Of a DNA stretch of 34,883 bases, positions 10,881 to 21,382 are shown in pieces (position 1 is the first letter of the stretch; each line of letters begins with the position of its first letter). The notes beneath the pieces are model-generated. The model saw only the letters and a program-made list of their open reading frames with translations, was not told the origin of the DNA and searched no databases. A program made the position numbers and the translations under genes. This stretch comes from Octopus bimaculoides (taxonomy: Eukaryota): contig NC_068986.1 of the NCBI RefSeq assembly GCF_001194135.2, forward strand, positions 47,732,510 through 47,767,392. Reading direction: 5' to 3'.

Positions 10881-11790
10881 ACTTGGTGTTGCCATGGGAC
10901 TCGTGGCAAGAAAAAATAAGTATACTTGCACTGTTAAGCTAATATTTTCTTCGCTACAAGGTCAGGTCTCAACTTCTTTAGCATTAAACAAATAAAATGT
11001 AAATCTTCCTCTTTAGAACTATAGACAACTTTTCTTGTGAGAGGAATTGAACTTAGTACAGCAAAACAAAAAAACTTCAGTGCTGATGCTACTTACAGTA
11101 CTTAACTATACCACCCATGGTAACTAGCTAATAATGATGGTGGGGGTGCTCCACTTTGTTGTTTTAATTGATGGAAAACAACTGTCAAATTTCTTGTAAA
11201 TCACATAGTACCATCTTAAATAAGGAAAGAACGCAGTGAACAATCTGGTTCTATGCACTCCTTAAAAGATGGGATGGCCCCGTCTAGAATTCCTTTCATC
11301 ATAGTTCTCCCTGGATTGACCTTCAGCTAAACAACAGTAACTTAAAATCCAAGTTGATTTCAGCCATTGAGTGTTAGTGTCTAACTTTGCCACAGATAGA
11401 ATGCAACACTAGGGATAGGGCATGTTTTCATGATTAGGTATCTGGTTCTTTGTCTATTCAGCTAGTGACATTGTCAGTTGAGAGTAATGAGTTAATTGGA
11501 TTTATCATGAAGAAATGTTGATCACACTGGTTTGTCTTCATCTTAACTTATGATATTGATTAAAACACATTCAGTGATATCTGGATACCAATACATACCT
11601 TCTTTTATATGTGGTTATAGGTAAACTTCAATGCATGAAGATTACTGCAGAAATAAAATACATTTCTGTTACATTATAGGTAATAGATTATTGAAATGTA
11701 TCCTCTGTTAATTCTATATACATTTCACTACATTGCAAAAGGCATACTTTATTTTATCTACAAATGAATCCTAGTTCTCTGTGGAGACTG

Positions 11791-12050
11791 CTTTGGGTTA
11801 AAATCCCATTTGCTGCTAAATTTTCCATGAAATACACATCTTTGTTTCATGAGTTTGAAAATAAGAGAGAATATAGTAAAATAACTTTGTCACTATTAAG
11901 CTGATGTTTGAAACATAAATTAACATGTAACTTTAATGAGAAAGTTTTAATTTAGACCATTTTAAAACAGAAAGTTTTAATTTAGACCATTTTAAAACAG
12001 AAAGTTTGTACCATAGAACCAGGGCTAGTCTCAGGTTGGTTTGTAAGCAC
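11791..12050 (+). mobile_element. Second MITE-like repeat family (P2) containing a perfect 30-bp tandem duplication
   Basis: It starts ggTTAAaatccc. AAAGTTTTAATTTAGACCATTTTAAAACAG is repeated exactly at 11941 and 11971. The family assignment is from recollection of octopus repeats. Confidence 0.45.
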
Positions 12051-12412
12051 AAATGATCATAGTTTCACTGTTATGATTTTGTTTCTTCTCAGCTCTTTTC
12101 AAACCAAGGATAGCAGTTACATATGCTCTCATTAAGGCAAATGCATGCCAAATCTGATTTCAGTATTGGATTCCAATTTTATGCTCATCACAATACAGTA
12201 CCTTTTAATACTGGATAATGCTTGTTCAAAAAAACTAGGCTCTTAAAAAGACTGCCTATGTTTGAATATTCATTTCTGTATATTCATGTATTTATGTTCA
12301 TGCACAGTTTACTCATGTCCACATGCACACAAAAAATTGTATTTTGTTTATGAGTTACAACTGTTTTATGTTCAATTCAAATATATATTATGATATTTTT
12401 CTTCTTTTACAG

Positions 12413-12417
12413 AATAA
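12413..12417 (+). CDS. COX7A2L: COX7A-related protein, terminal exon coding part (G|AA TAA = Glu, stop)
   Basis: Strong acceptor tttttcttcttttacAG ends at 12412. It completes the phase-1 codon and then gives TAA. Overlapping AATAAA signals lie about 70 nt downstream. Confidence 0.7.
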
Positions 12418-12486
12418 TGTATGAGGAAATTAGTTCAACAATTTAGTGTGAAAGGAGTTCATATTCTATTATAAACATTTTAGATT

Positions 12487-12496
12487 AATAAATAAA
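12487..12496 (+). terminator. Polyadenylation signal(s) AATAAATAAA of the COX7A-related gene
   Basis: Two overlapping AATAAA hexamers, followed by a T/GT-rich tract (ttttcttgtttttgg). Confidence 0.6.
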
Positions 12497-12574
12497 ACAT
12501 AAACATTTTCTTGTTTTTGGAGTTTTTCATTTATTTTTCTTTACACAATTATTTTAAAAATATTTGGTAAGATG

Positions 12575-13006
12575 TCTTTAGCATTTAAACCAACAAAATC
12601 CGGCTCAAATATTCTACATGTTTTACATTTAGATTGGCTATATCTGACTTCTCACATCTAACCTATGCTAATATTTTAAAAATAAATAATCAAATCATTG
12701 AAACCTCAAAACTATATGATGGTGCATGATTAATTCAAAACAATTTGAATAAAAAAACTATTACATTTGACTAAGTAATTTGAACGCTAAAGGGTTAAAC
12801 AGGCCATATGCAGCCCAAATATACTACTTGTTATATGTTCAAACAGGTGAGATCCAGCCTCTCACACCTACCCTGCAATGTCATTCTAAAAATCAGCAAT
12901 CACATTTTTGAAATTTCAAAGCTATGAGATGATACAGGATTAATCTTATAGAAATAAATATATAAGTATAACATTTGACAAAGTAATCTGAATGCTAAAG
13001 GGTTAA
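12575..13006 (+). mobile_element. Two head-to-tail piggyBac-like MITEs (family P1)
   Basis: Left end (c)ctttagcatt. The right ends aacgctaaaGGG-TTAA (12798) and aatgctaaaGGG-TTAA (13006) give CCC...GGG termini with TTAA. Confidence 0.75.
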
Positions 13007-13257
13007 TCTTTAATTTTTGTAGCCTGCTTTTTACTCATTAAAAAAATTAGATTTTATCTGTCAGTTAAATTATTATTAAATTATACTACTCTGACTAGAA
13101 ATGTGAACTCTTTAGACCATAACGTAGATCTCTTTTCATCTACCATGACTTACAGGCAATAGCATTCATGGCTTCCTTGCCAGAGTCTGAAGATTCAGGA
13201 TTTTTCTTGAGAAAGATACAGTTATGATTTCCTGTTGTCTTTACCCAGATTAAGTTA

Positions 13258-13461
13258 ATGTGTAAACCAGCCATATCTGGGTCAAATATTCTGGCTGTTT
13301 TATGTTCAAATTGACAAGATTTAGCCTTTTACTCCTACCCTTCAATGTCCTAAAAATAAGCAATCACATCATGGAAATCTCAAAGCTAGAAGTTAATGAG
13401 TTATTCAAAATAATGTGAATAAAAGGGGATTACATTTGACAGGATAATCTGAATACTAAAA
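13258..13461 (+). mobile_element. piggyBac-like MITE family P1 (ends eroded)
   Basis: aaaccagccatatctgggtcaaatattct...tacatttgacaggataatctgaatactaaaa aligns by eye with 12799-13006. Confidence 0.7.
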
Positions 13462-14852
13462 AGGTGGAGTTTACTCTGCTAGTCTCCTTGGGGTATTGGG
13501 GCTATTTAACTTTTGAGCAGAGAGACTGATTCTCATAACATCTGGGCATATGCACCCATTTGTGGGCCTATGTGAAACGTCTTGTGGCTAGCCCTATTCC
13601 AATTCTTGTATGCCTTATTTAATCCATAACTGGAGCCTTTGTTAACTACTCTCACCTTGAGCCATAGTGGACATGGGAGTAGTGGTGACTAACTCTATAC
13701 ACCCCCAAATAGCTAAACTCCTAGATTGGAGCTTCACCACCAGAAGCAGTTAAACTTTTTGCCCAAGACAAAGAAAATCACTTGCATCAAGTTTTTTTAT
13801 GTGAAAGTTTTCCCAAATAATAATGACTTCAAAGAAGGATATAAATTTTCCCATGTAAAACTTGAACTACCATTTTTCTCTTTCGATTTTATGTATTTTT
13901 ACTTGTAATTTTACATGCAGCTCCTGCAATAGATGGTTACTTACTAAGTCTTCCTAGTGAAATACTGAATTTTAAATCCATCTAATAAAACTATTAGGTT
14001 ATAAAAAGTTTTTTTTATTTTTTTTATGTGTCCTTTTGTTTCTCTGTATCCCAATGTTGCTATCTCTACAACTTGTAATGTGATTTAAACAGGTGACTAC
14101 TTTTATAATTTTCCTGTTATATTTCTATTGACAAAAACATTAAGTATAAGTTTTATCATTATATATATATATATAATGTATATATATATNNNNNNNNNNN
14201 NNNNNNNNNNNNNNNNNNNNNNNNNNNNNNNNNNNNNNNNNNNNNNNNNNNNNNNNNNNNNNNNNNNNNNNNNNNNNNNNNNNNNNNNNNNNNNNNNNNN
14301 NNNNNNNNNNNNNNNNNNNNNNNNNNNNNNNNNNTATATATATAGTTGAAAAAGGATTAGAGATCTATACAAATCAAATTTTTATATGTAAAAAAGATGG
14401 AGGTGGAAATAGCACAGAAATAGGTCCACAGCATACACACCCATCAACACATAGCTGGTCATTTTTCAAAACATATTGAAAGGACATTCAACACAATGCA
14501 CACAGGTGGACATAAAACCCATTCAATAAATGCTTTTTAGCCACCTCCTTGACAGAAACACACAAAGATGTCTTTTAGACAATAGACACCCTTTCTCTCA
14601 CTCTCTAACACGAAACTATATTTAAAGAAAACTTCAATGAAAAATCTCCTGACATGTTCTTGACCACCAGACAGAAGATAACTGTTTTTACTGATATTTG
14701 ATAAGATGAAATACATCAAAACCAGTAATATTTTTATTTATATAATCTTTTATTACATTCCTTCTTAAATTGAAATGTTTTAGACTTACTTATTTGATAT
14801 TTCCACCTCAATACTGTATATAATCTTTTTCCAACTATTATAAACTATACAA

Positions 14853-16647
14853 ATGTGGAAAATGGCACCAAATGCCAAAATTCCAGACTCAAATGTAAAT
14901 GAAAAAATCCTAACAGACTTGCAAAACATAAAATCAGAAAAGCTCGAGAAGATACTCAACCCTACACTCGATACCAAGAGTGAAGACAACGAAAGCTCTC
15001 TTCCAGCATACAGCAACTGTGTAACATCATGGAAAAATTAATCAACTGCAAAACAGAATAAGATACACCACGCCTTACTAGAAGAAGCATAATCGGACAC
15101 GTTGGGAAAAAAAAAAAACTTTTAAGAACTAGAAAGTTTACAGTTTGGAACATGGTTAAAAACTTTAACAAATCTGGAATTAATGAGCCAGAACAATGAA
15201 GAAAACTACGAGAACAAATGTCCCTCAATAGAATAAGCATGGAAATTGAACTTTTAAAATTAAGAGCCACAACCAATGAACAAAAAATCAAAGATATCGA
15301 TCAACAAATAGAAGAAGAATATATACCAAAAAATGTGAGGGAACCAACTTGTAACACCTCAAACTCTGGAAACAAGATTATGAATATGCAGAGCTTATAT
15401 CTCTCCAACGATGGGGAAAATGTGAGATGTGGTTCCTTAAATACGAAGAGGATTTTTTAAACAATACGCATCACAGACAACTCTTTTATCAAAAAACAAA
15501 ACAAAACACGAAACCCTGCAGAAACAATCAGACCATCAAACACAAGACACCTGACCCACAAACACAGTTCCCCCAACCCAAACGAAATAAAACCCAACTG
15601 CAACCGAAGAAAAACCACACCCAACCACTACACAAATATTCTCCAAGTTTTTTCTCACAAATCCAAATCCAAATAAATCCAAAAACATCATAAATAACCT
15701 CAGCAATAACATCCAATTCACAATAGAGTTTAACCCCAAAGAACTTGCCTTTCTAGATATCCTAATCAAAAACCAAGATGAGAAAGTAGAAACAGACATA
15801 TTCTACAAACCGACCGACTCCAAACAGTACCTTCTTTTCACATCATATCACCGAAACACACCAAACTCAACATTCCCTTTAACCTGGCAAAGCAAATTTG
15901 TACCATATTATCAGAACCATCCAAACGAGAACAAAAACTAGAGGAACTGAAGGACACACTTATCTAAAGAGCCTTCCCTCCTGGCACAGTCACCAACAGA
16001 ATAAACAAGGCGAAATAAATGGATGTGAATGAACTTACGAAAACGAAAATAACAAAATGAGAAATGTCTTACCATTCGTATCAACCTTCAATTCCAGGAA
16101 CATCAAAATATTTGATCACATCCACAAAAACCTTCCCATCTTACTTGCAGATAAAAACACGAGGAAAATCTTAGAAAAACAACAAATCATCAAAAATAAA
16201 AGGCAGTCCACAACACTAAAACTCATTCTCACTGGAGCAAAAACACACAATGAAACCCTCAAGCCAACGGTCACAAAATGCGGAAGAACAAACCGCGAAT
16301 TTAAATTCAAAGATGGCCATACTTTCAAAGTCAAATCCAATTTCACCTGCAACACGGAAAACTTGATCTACGTAATCATATGCAATGGTTGCCAACATAA
16401 TTACATAGGTCAGACGGGTGGATCGTTACGCAACAGAATGACGACCCATCACCAACAGGTCCGAAGCAAAAGCACAAGAAAAATTCCTTCAAGCAGTCAC
16501 ATTGCAGCCTGTGCAGGAATGGTCTTACTTAGTTTCAAAATATTTCCCCTCTACAAGTGCTCAGATTCTCTCAATCAACAAGAAAGGCAATTTATCAACA
16601 AGTATAAACCACAATTAAATATAGAGCCAATCACAACCAATACATAA
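14853..16647 (+). mobile_element. Penelope-like retroelement remnant (N-terminal region, RT C-terminus/thumb, GIY-YIG endonuclease)
   Basis: NNIQFTIEFNPKELAFLDILI...TDIFYKPTDSKQYL...H(P)KHTKLNIPFNLAKQIC is PLE RT motif 6-7 and thumb. The ORF at 16057-16647 has FTCNTENLIYVIICNGCQHNYIGQT...RMTTH...E...INKYKPQLN (GIY-YIG). Several stops and frameshifts are present. Confidence 0.9.
16057..16647 (+). pseudogene. GIY-YIG endonuclease domain of the Penelope-like element
   Basis: LIY-x3-C-x2-C-x3-YIGQT, conserved Arg, His and Glu, and a terminal LN. It is separated from the RT by stops. Confidence 0.85.
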
Positions 16648-17189
16648 GAATAGATACTTAAAACAATTTTATACATATTGTTACCATTTAAAAAAAATAG
16701 TTCCCATCGTTTCTTAAATCTTTTTTCAATATTCATATATGCCAGAACACACACACACACGCACACACAAACATACACAAAAAAACATCACAAAAACACA
16801 CACACGCACAAACCCACATACAGAAAAAAGAAAACCACAAAAGCACATACACACACAGCTGGTGACCACACACATACACACAGGTGGAAACACTCAAATG
16901 AATACATCTAACCCAAGGAAAAATCCTAATTCTTTTTTCAACAAAATAAATTCTTCACAATTTACACACCTATCAACTCAGAGCTGGTGACGTCCTGTAC
17001 CCATATATGCATATGTATGTATATACGTACATATATATATTATATATTATTTATTATACATATATATATAATAAATAATATGTAATATATATCATATATT
17101 ATTTATTATATATATATATATAAATAATGTATGTATGTATGTATGATTTCATCTCGTAGGGCCTATTCAAGCCATCGACGATGGAGAAA

Positions 17190-17900
17190 AAAATTGAAGT
17201 TCTTTTTAAAGTTTGGAAGAAAGTTCATCATTCTCGAACTCTTGAAGCTGATTGAGAGAGTACCAAATTAAGTGAATGTGTATAACAATGTACAACTTGT
17301 GTCAGTGATGCAGTTTTTCTGTCTTTACTGACATCGCCTCTCCTGAACCTTTCTTGAAACCTTTCCTTCTCATCAATAAATCGCAAAACATGTAACAGTT
17401 AAGATTTCATTTGAAGGTTTGTAATCTCACCAAACATAACGGCAGCAAATACTGTTTTTTTTTCTTTGCGATCATTGGTTTCCTGCTCACTTCAGTTTTG
17501 ATTTTCAGCTTAAGCTTTGATTTTTATTTTCTGAGAATGATAATATTCTTCTTGTCTGTTTCAAAGTTGGGAAAAATAGAGAGAAAACTGAACTTTTGCC
17601 ATCCTGGGGGTAATTGAAAACATAAGAAATTCTTCTGAGTTATAATCTTTTTAAATTAACCGAAGCTTTATGTTAATAAATAATTTAGGTGCTAGTTTAT
17701 TTTTTTTACGTAGAAGATAAAAGATAAAATGTGTACTCTTCGGCACTGAATAATCGTACAAAATATATCAGAAGGCAATAAAACAACCTTGTCAACTGAC
17801 TAAATATGCATTTCTCATCTAAATCTGTCCGACTCTGAGGAAAGTCTCAGGAAAGTCCTCTGAATAGGCAAGTTTTTGATCTCTGCTGCACAGGACAGTA
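17190..17900 (-). mobile_element. hAT-superfamily transposase remnant (ZMYM1/THAP12-like type)
   Basis: The - strand at 17290-17261 reads HCYTHSLNLV (hAT HCxxHxLNL motif) then LSQSAS...TFFQTL. Upstream AVMFGEITNLQ...HVLRFIDE resembles the first catalytic Asp region. It is heavily deleted. Confidence 0.7.
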
Positions 17901-18349
17901 AAAAACATTAGTACTTCAAGAGAAAAAGAATTGACAGTGTGTCTGCTGGCTTATCACATCTGAAAGGCAGGCAATAACATTTCTACTTCCTCTTTCTTGG
18001 TCACTTCTTTTACTATGACTGAAAGCAAGTAGTAAAAAATTCACTATCTGTTGACAACTTAACACGGCTGAAAGGAAAGCAGTAAAACATCTGCTTTCTG
18101 TCTTCCTCTTTCTTGACTGGTACAGTATTATATATATTTGAAACAATGGGGAGAGATGGCTTTTTTTGAAAGGATGATTTGTATTCTAATCTTAATAATA
18201 ATGTTTACAGTGAGTTACTCTGATATGAGTTTTGATCTTCAAATAGCCGTTTTCAAACTGAAAAATGTATGTTTTACTGGATTCTTAAAAAGCAAAAGAT
18301 TTTTTCTTACAAGTATACATACACAAAAATATACACAGAAAAAGAAAAG

Positions 18350-19803
18350 AGACCTTGATGCACCCGCCCTCTTTGCAATATACTTTGCTGTTGTGTTGTC
18401 ACACGCTTTTCAAAACTCTGAGGAGGGTATTTACATAAAATATCGAACAACAGGGTATGTTTTTAATCTAAGCAGACTGAAATTCAAAACGAAGGTTTTT
18501 ACTTCACTCATTAGGGAGCTTTTATACGCTGACGATTGCGATCTTGTCAGTCATTCTGAAACTGGTCTGCAATCCCTTGTATCTGCAGTTGACTCAGATT
18601 GTGATTATTTTCGCTTGATCACCAACTTGAAAAAAACAAACAAAAAAAAACCGGTTGTAATGCATCCTCCTGTGTGTGGTCCTGTTTGTAACCCCGCTAA
18701 AATTTTTGTTAAGGGAAAGTTACTTGAGGTTGTCGATTTGTTCGTCTACCTTGGAAGCTCTGTTCAAAATGTTGGAAATCTCGATACAGAAATACAGCTG
18801 CGAATTCAAAGGGCAGTAAAAGCATTTAGTGGCTTGGAGTCACGCGTTTGGTGCCAGCGACATATAAATAAGAATAAAAGGTGGCTCTTTACAAATCATT
18901 TCTCTTAACATCCCTGTTGTATTCCTGTGAAACTTGAACTTGTTATGAAAGGCATTTTAAACTGTTAGAACAATTCCACCAAAAATGCCTTCANNNNNNN
19001 NNNNNNNNNNNNNNNNNNNNNNNNNNNNNNNNNNNNNNNNNNNNNNNNNNNNNNNNNNNNNNNNNNNNNNNNNNNNNNNNNNNNNNNNNNNNNNNNNNNN
19101 NNNNNNNNNNNNNNNNNNNNNNNNNNNNNNNNNNNNNNNNNNNNNNNNNNNNNNNNNNNNNNNNNNNNNNNNNNNNNNNNNNNNNNNNNNNNNNNNNNNN
19201 NNNNNNNNNNNNNNNNNNNNNNNNNNNNNNNNNNNNNNNNNNNNNNNNNNNNNNNNNNNNNNNNNNNNNNNNNGTTACTTGGAATGGTTCCAGAAGATAT
19301 AGAAACTCTTAATTCGGATCGAGTTGGATGGCGAACAAAGGTGTGGAGTAGAGTGAAAGCATTTGAATTGGCCAGGATAACGCAAGTAAGACTCAAAAGA
19401 AATCTAAGGAAGAATGTAACGATCAAGAAGGTGAATGACAATGATCTTTTGTGTGCACAGTCTGTGACAAATCATGCCTGTCTTTTGCTGGCCTCAAATC
19501 TCATCTGCGAACGCATGGAAAACGAACCCCCACTAACTACCTTGCCTATATGTCTGTGGACACCTTTGAATGCAGTGTATGCCAGAAGGTCTGCAAATCC
19601 AACGGAGGCCTCAAAAGACATGTTAAGATCCACAAAGAGCAGGACTTATCTGCAGGTCATGGTGGTCCAAATCAGAGGTGCAAGCTATGTGGGTGCCTAT
19701 TCAGAACATTATCTGGTTTAAAAAGTCACATCAGACGCCATGATGGTACTGGGGTGTAGGTACAGGAGGTGGTCAAACTCTGTATAAGGAGTAGACAACC
19801 ACT
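18350..19803 (+). mobile_element. 5'-truncated RTE-clade LINE (RT, C-terminal region, three C2H2 zinc fingers), interrupted by an N gap
   Basis: APALFAIYF...FNLSRLKFKTKV...ELLYADDCDLVSHSE...FVYLGS...EIQLRIQRA, then LLYSCET*...FHQKCL. After the gap come SDRVGWR and three CxxC-x12-HxxxH fingers. It ends in (TA)n. Confidence 0.92.
19451..19759 (+). pseudogene. Triple C2H2 zinc-finger tail of the RTE ORF (frameshifted near 19450)
   Basis: CTVC-x12-HLRTH, CSVC-x12-HVKIH and CKLC-x12-HIRRH, with no TGEKP linkers. Confidence 0.85.
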
Positions 19804-20068
19804 ATATATATATATAATGGAGAAATTGTACAAAATGTAGAAATGGATGAGTAAAGCACCGACAATGTCTACTACACATTCCATCTCATACTTTATTAAT
19901 ACTACATATATATATATATATACAAAGTATGGAGGGTTAATTCACAGGTGATCTAAACGATTAGGTACGCTAGGTAAGTGCTGTAACGGATTTCTAGGGC
20001 ACCAAGGTTATAGCTGAGACTGTAGTTATGGAGCCATTGCACATTTCCGATATAGCAGATATATAATT

Positions 20069-20270
20069 GTTAAAGAGGACAACAAACTTTAAGGCAAGGT
20101 AAACATCTCAAGTTATATACATTATTATTATTGGAGAAAATTCAAAATCTTAAAGCTGTTTCTGAGATATCCCAGAAACAGCTGTGAGACTTTGAATTTT
20201 TCCAATAATAATAATGTATATGACTTGAGATGTTTGCCTTGCCTTAAGTAACGCTTGTTGTCCTCTTTAA

Positions 20271-20271
<1 letters not shown>
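20069..20271. repeat. Spacer-less imperfect palindrome, about 203 bp
   Basis: The arms gttaaagaggacaacaa...gctgtttctgagat | atcccagaaacagc...ttgttgtcctctttaac differ by several substitutions and a 4-nt indel. Confidence 0.95.
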
Positions 20272-20315
<44 letters not shown>

Positions 20316-20477
20316 CATAAGCATGTATGAAGAAGAGGGAGGAAGAGGAGGAGCAGAAAGAAGAAGAAGAAGAATATGATTAATAGAAACTGAAAACAGT
20401 GGGGAGATTTAAGTCTATCAGGAATAAGGAAATGGAATATTTTGGAGTGGTTAGTACTGTTGTGTTCTTGTCAAAAG

Positions 20478-20959
20478 ATAACCTGTGTGGTGTTTATCGA
20501 TTTGAGGTCACCTATTCAGTTCCCACAGGTGGTATGGTGTACACACACACACACACACTTATATATATGTATATATACACATACACACACATATATGCAT
20601 ACATATATATACATACATATACATACACATATATACATATATACATACACATACGTATACACATACATGTACACGCATACATACATTCACACATATACAT
20701 ACACGCACACACACATATATATACATATATACACACATATACACATACATACATATAAATACTTACACGCATACATATACATACATAAATGTACATGCAC
20801 ACATATATATATACGTATGGTCATATCTCAAGACACACATGTATACACACATGCATACACACATGCATACACATACATTTGTGTGAATACACACACCTAC
20901 ATAACTAAACTAACCTATTCATATGTGCAAGTATGTGCATGTATGCATGTATATATATA

Positions 20960-21021
<62 letters not shown>

Positions 21022-21034
21022 GCATACATTATAT
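20478..21034. repeat. Compound (CA)/(TA)/(TACA) low-complexity microsatellite block
   Basis: Seen directly. It produces the spurious H/T/Y/I-rich ORFs in the track. Confidence 0.95.
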
Positions 21035-21044
21035 NNNNNNNNNN

Positions 21045-21248
21045 CGTGTTTTTGTGTCTGTGTTTGTCACTCCACTATCGCTTGTCAACCGATGTTGGTA
21101 TGTTTATGTCCCCGAAACTTAGCGTTATATATTTAATATATGTATGCATACATATATTAAATATATAACGCTAAGTTTCGGGGACATAAACATACCAACA
21201 TCGGTTGACAAGCGATAGTGGAGTGACAAACACAGACACAAAAACACG
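21045..21248. repeat. Perfect 204-bp palindrome made of SINE family A sequence, abutting a 10-N gap
   Basis: The arms are exact reverse complements by eye, centred on atg|cat at 21146/21147. Confidence 0.95.
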
Positions 21249-21339
21249 TTCACATAAATAAATATACATGTATATATACACGACATGCATCTATCAGTTT
21301 CCATCTACCAAATCTAGTCCCAAGGCTGTGGTCGAACCG

Positions 21340-21382
<43 letters not shown>

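Noticed and set aside
13184-13240. CTGAAGA...stem...GAAA hammerhead-like string (similar strings near 8716, 17836 and 34370)
   Set aside because: No consistent stem I or stem III and cleavage triplet could be formed.
17020-17130. AT-only inverted repeats
   Set aside because: Low-complexity (TA)n-derived sequence, where self-complementarity is trivial.
18138-18349. Apparent signal-peptide-like N-terminus of the 256-aa ORF
   Set aside because: It is AT-rich flank that happens to be in frame. RT similarity starts only near APALFAIYF.
19451-19759. Stand-alone host C2H2 zinc-finger gene
   Set aside because: It is contiguous with RTE coding sequence, lacks TGEKP linkers and has no own start or splice acceptor.
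20399-21168. His/Thr/Tyr/Ile- and Cys/Val/Met-rich ORFs, also at 25532-26212, 16678-16990 and 32986-33435
   Set aside because: They are translations of (CA)n/(TA)n/(TACA)n microsatellites, not proteins.
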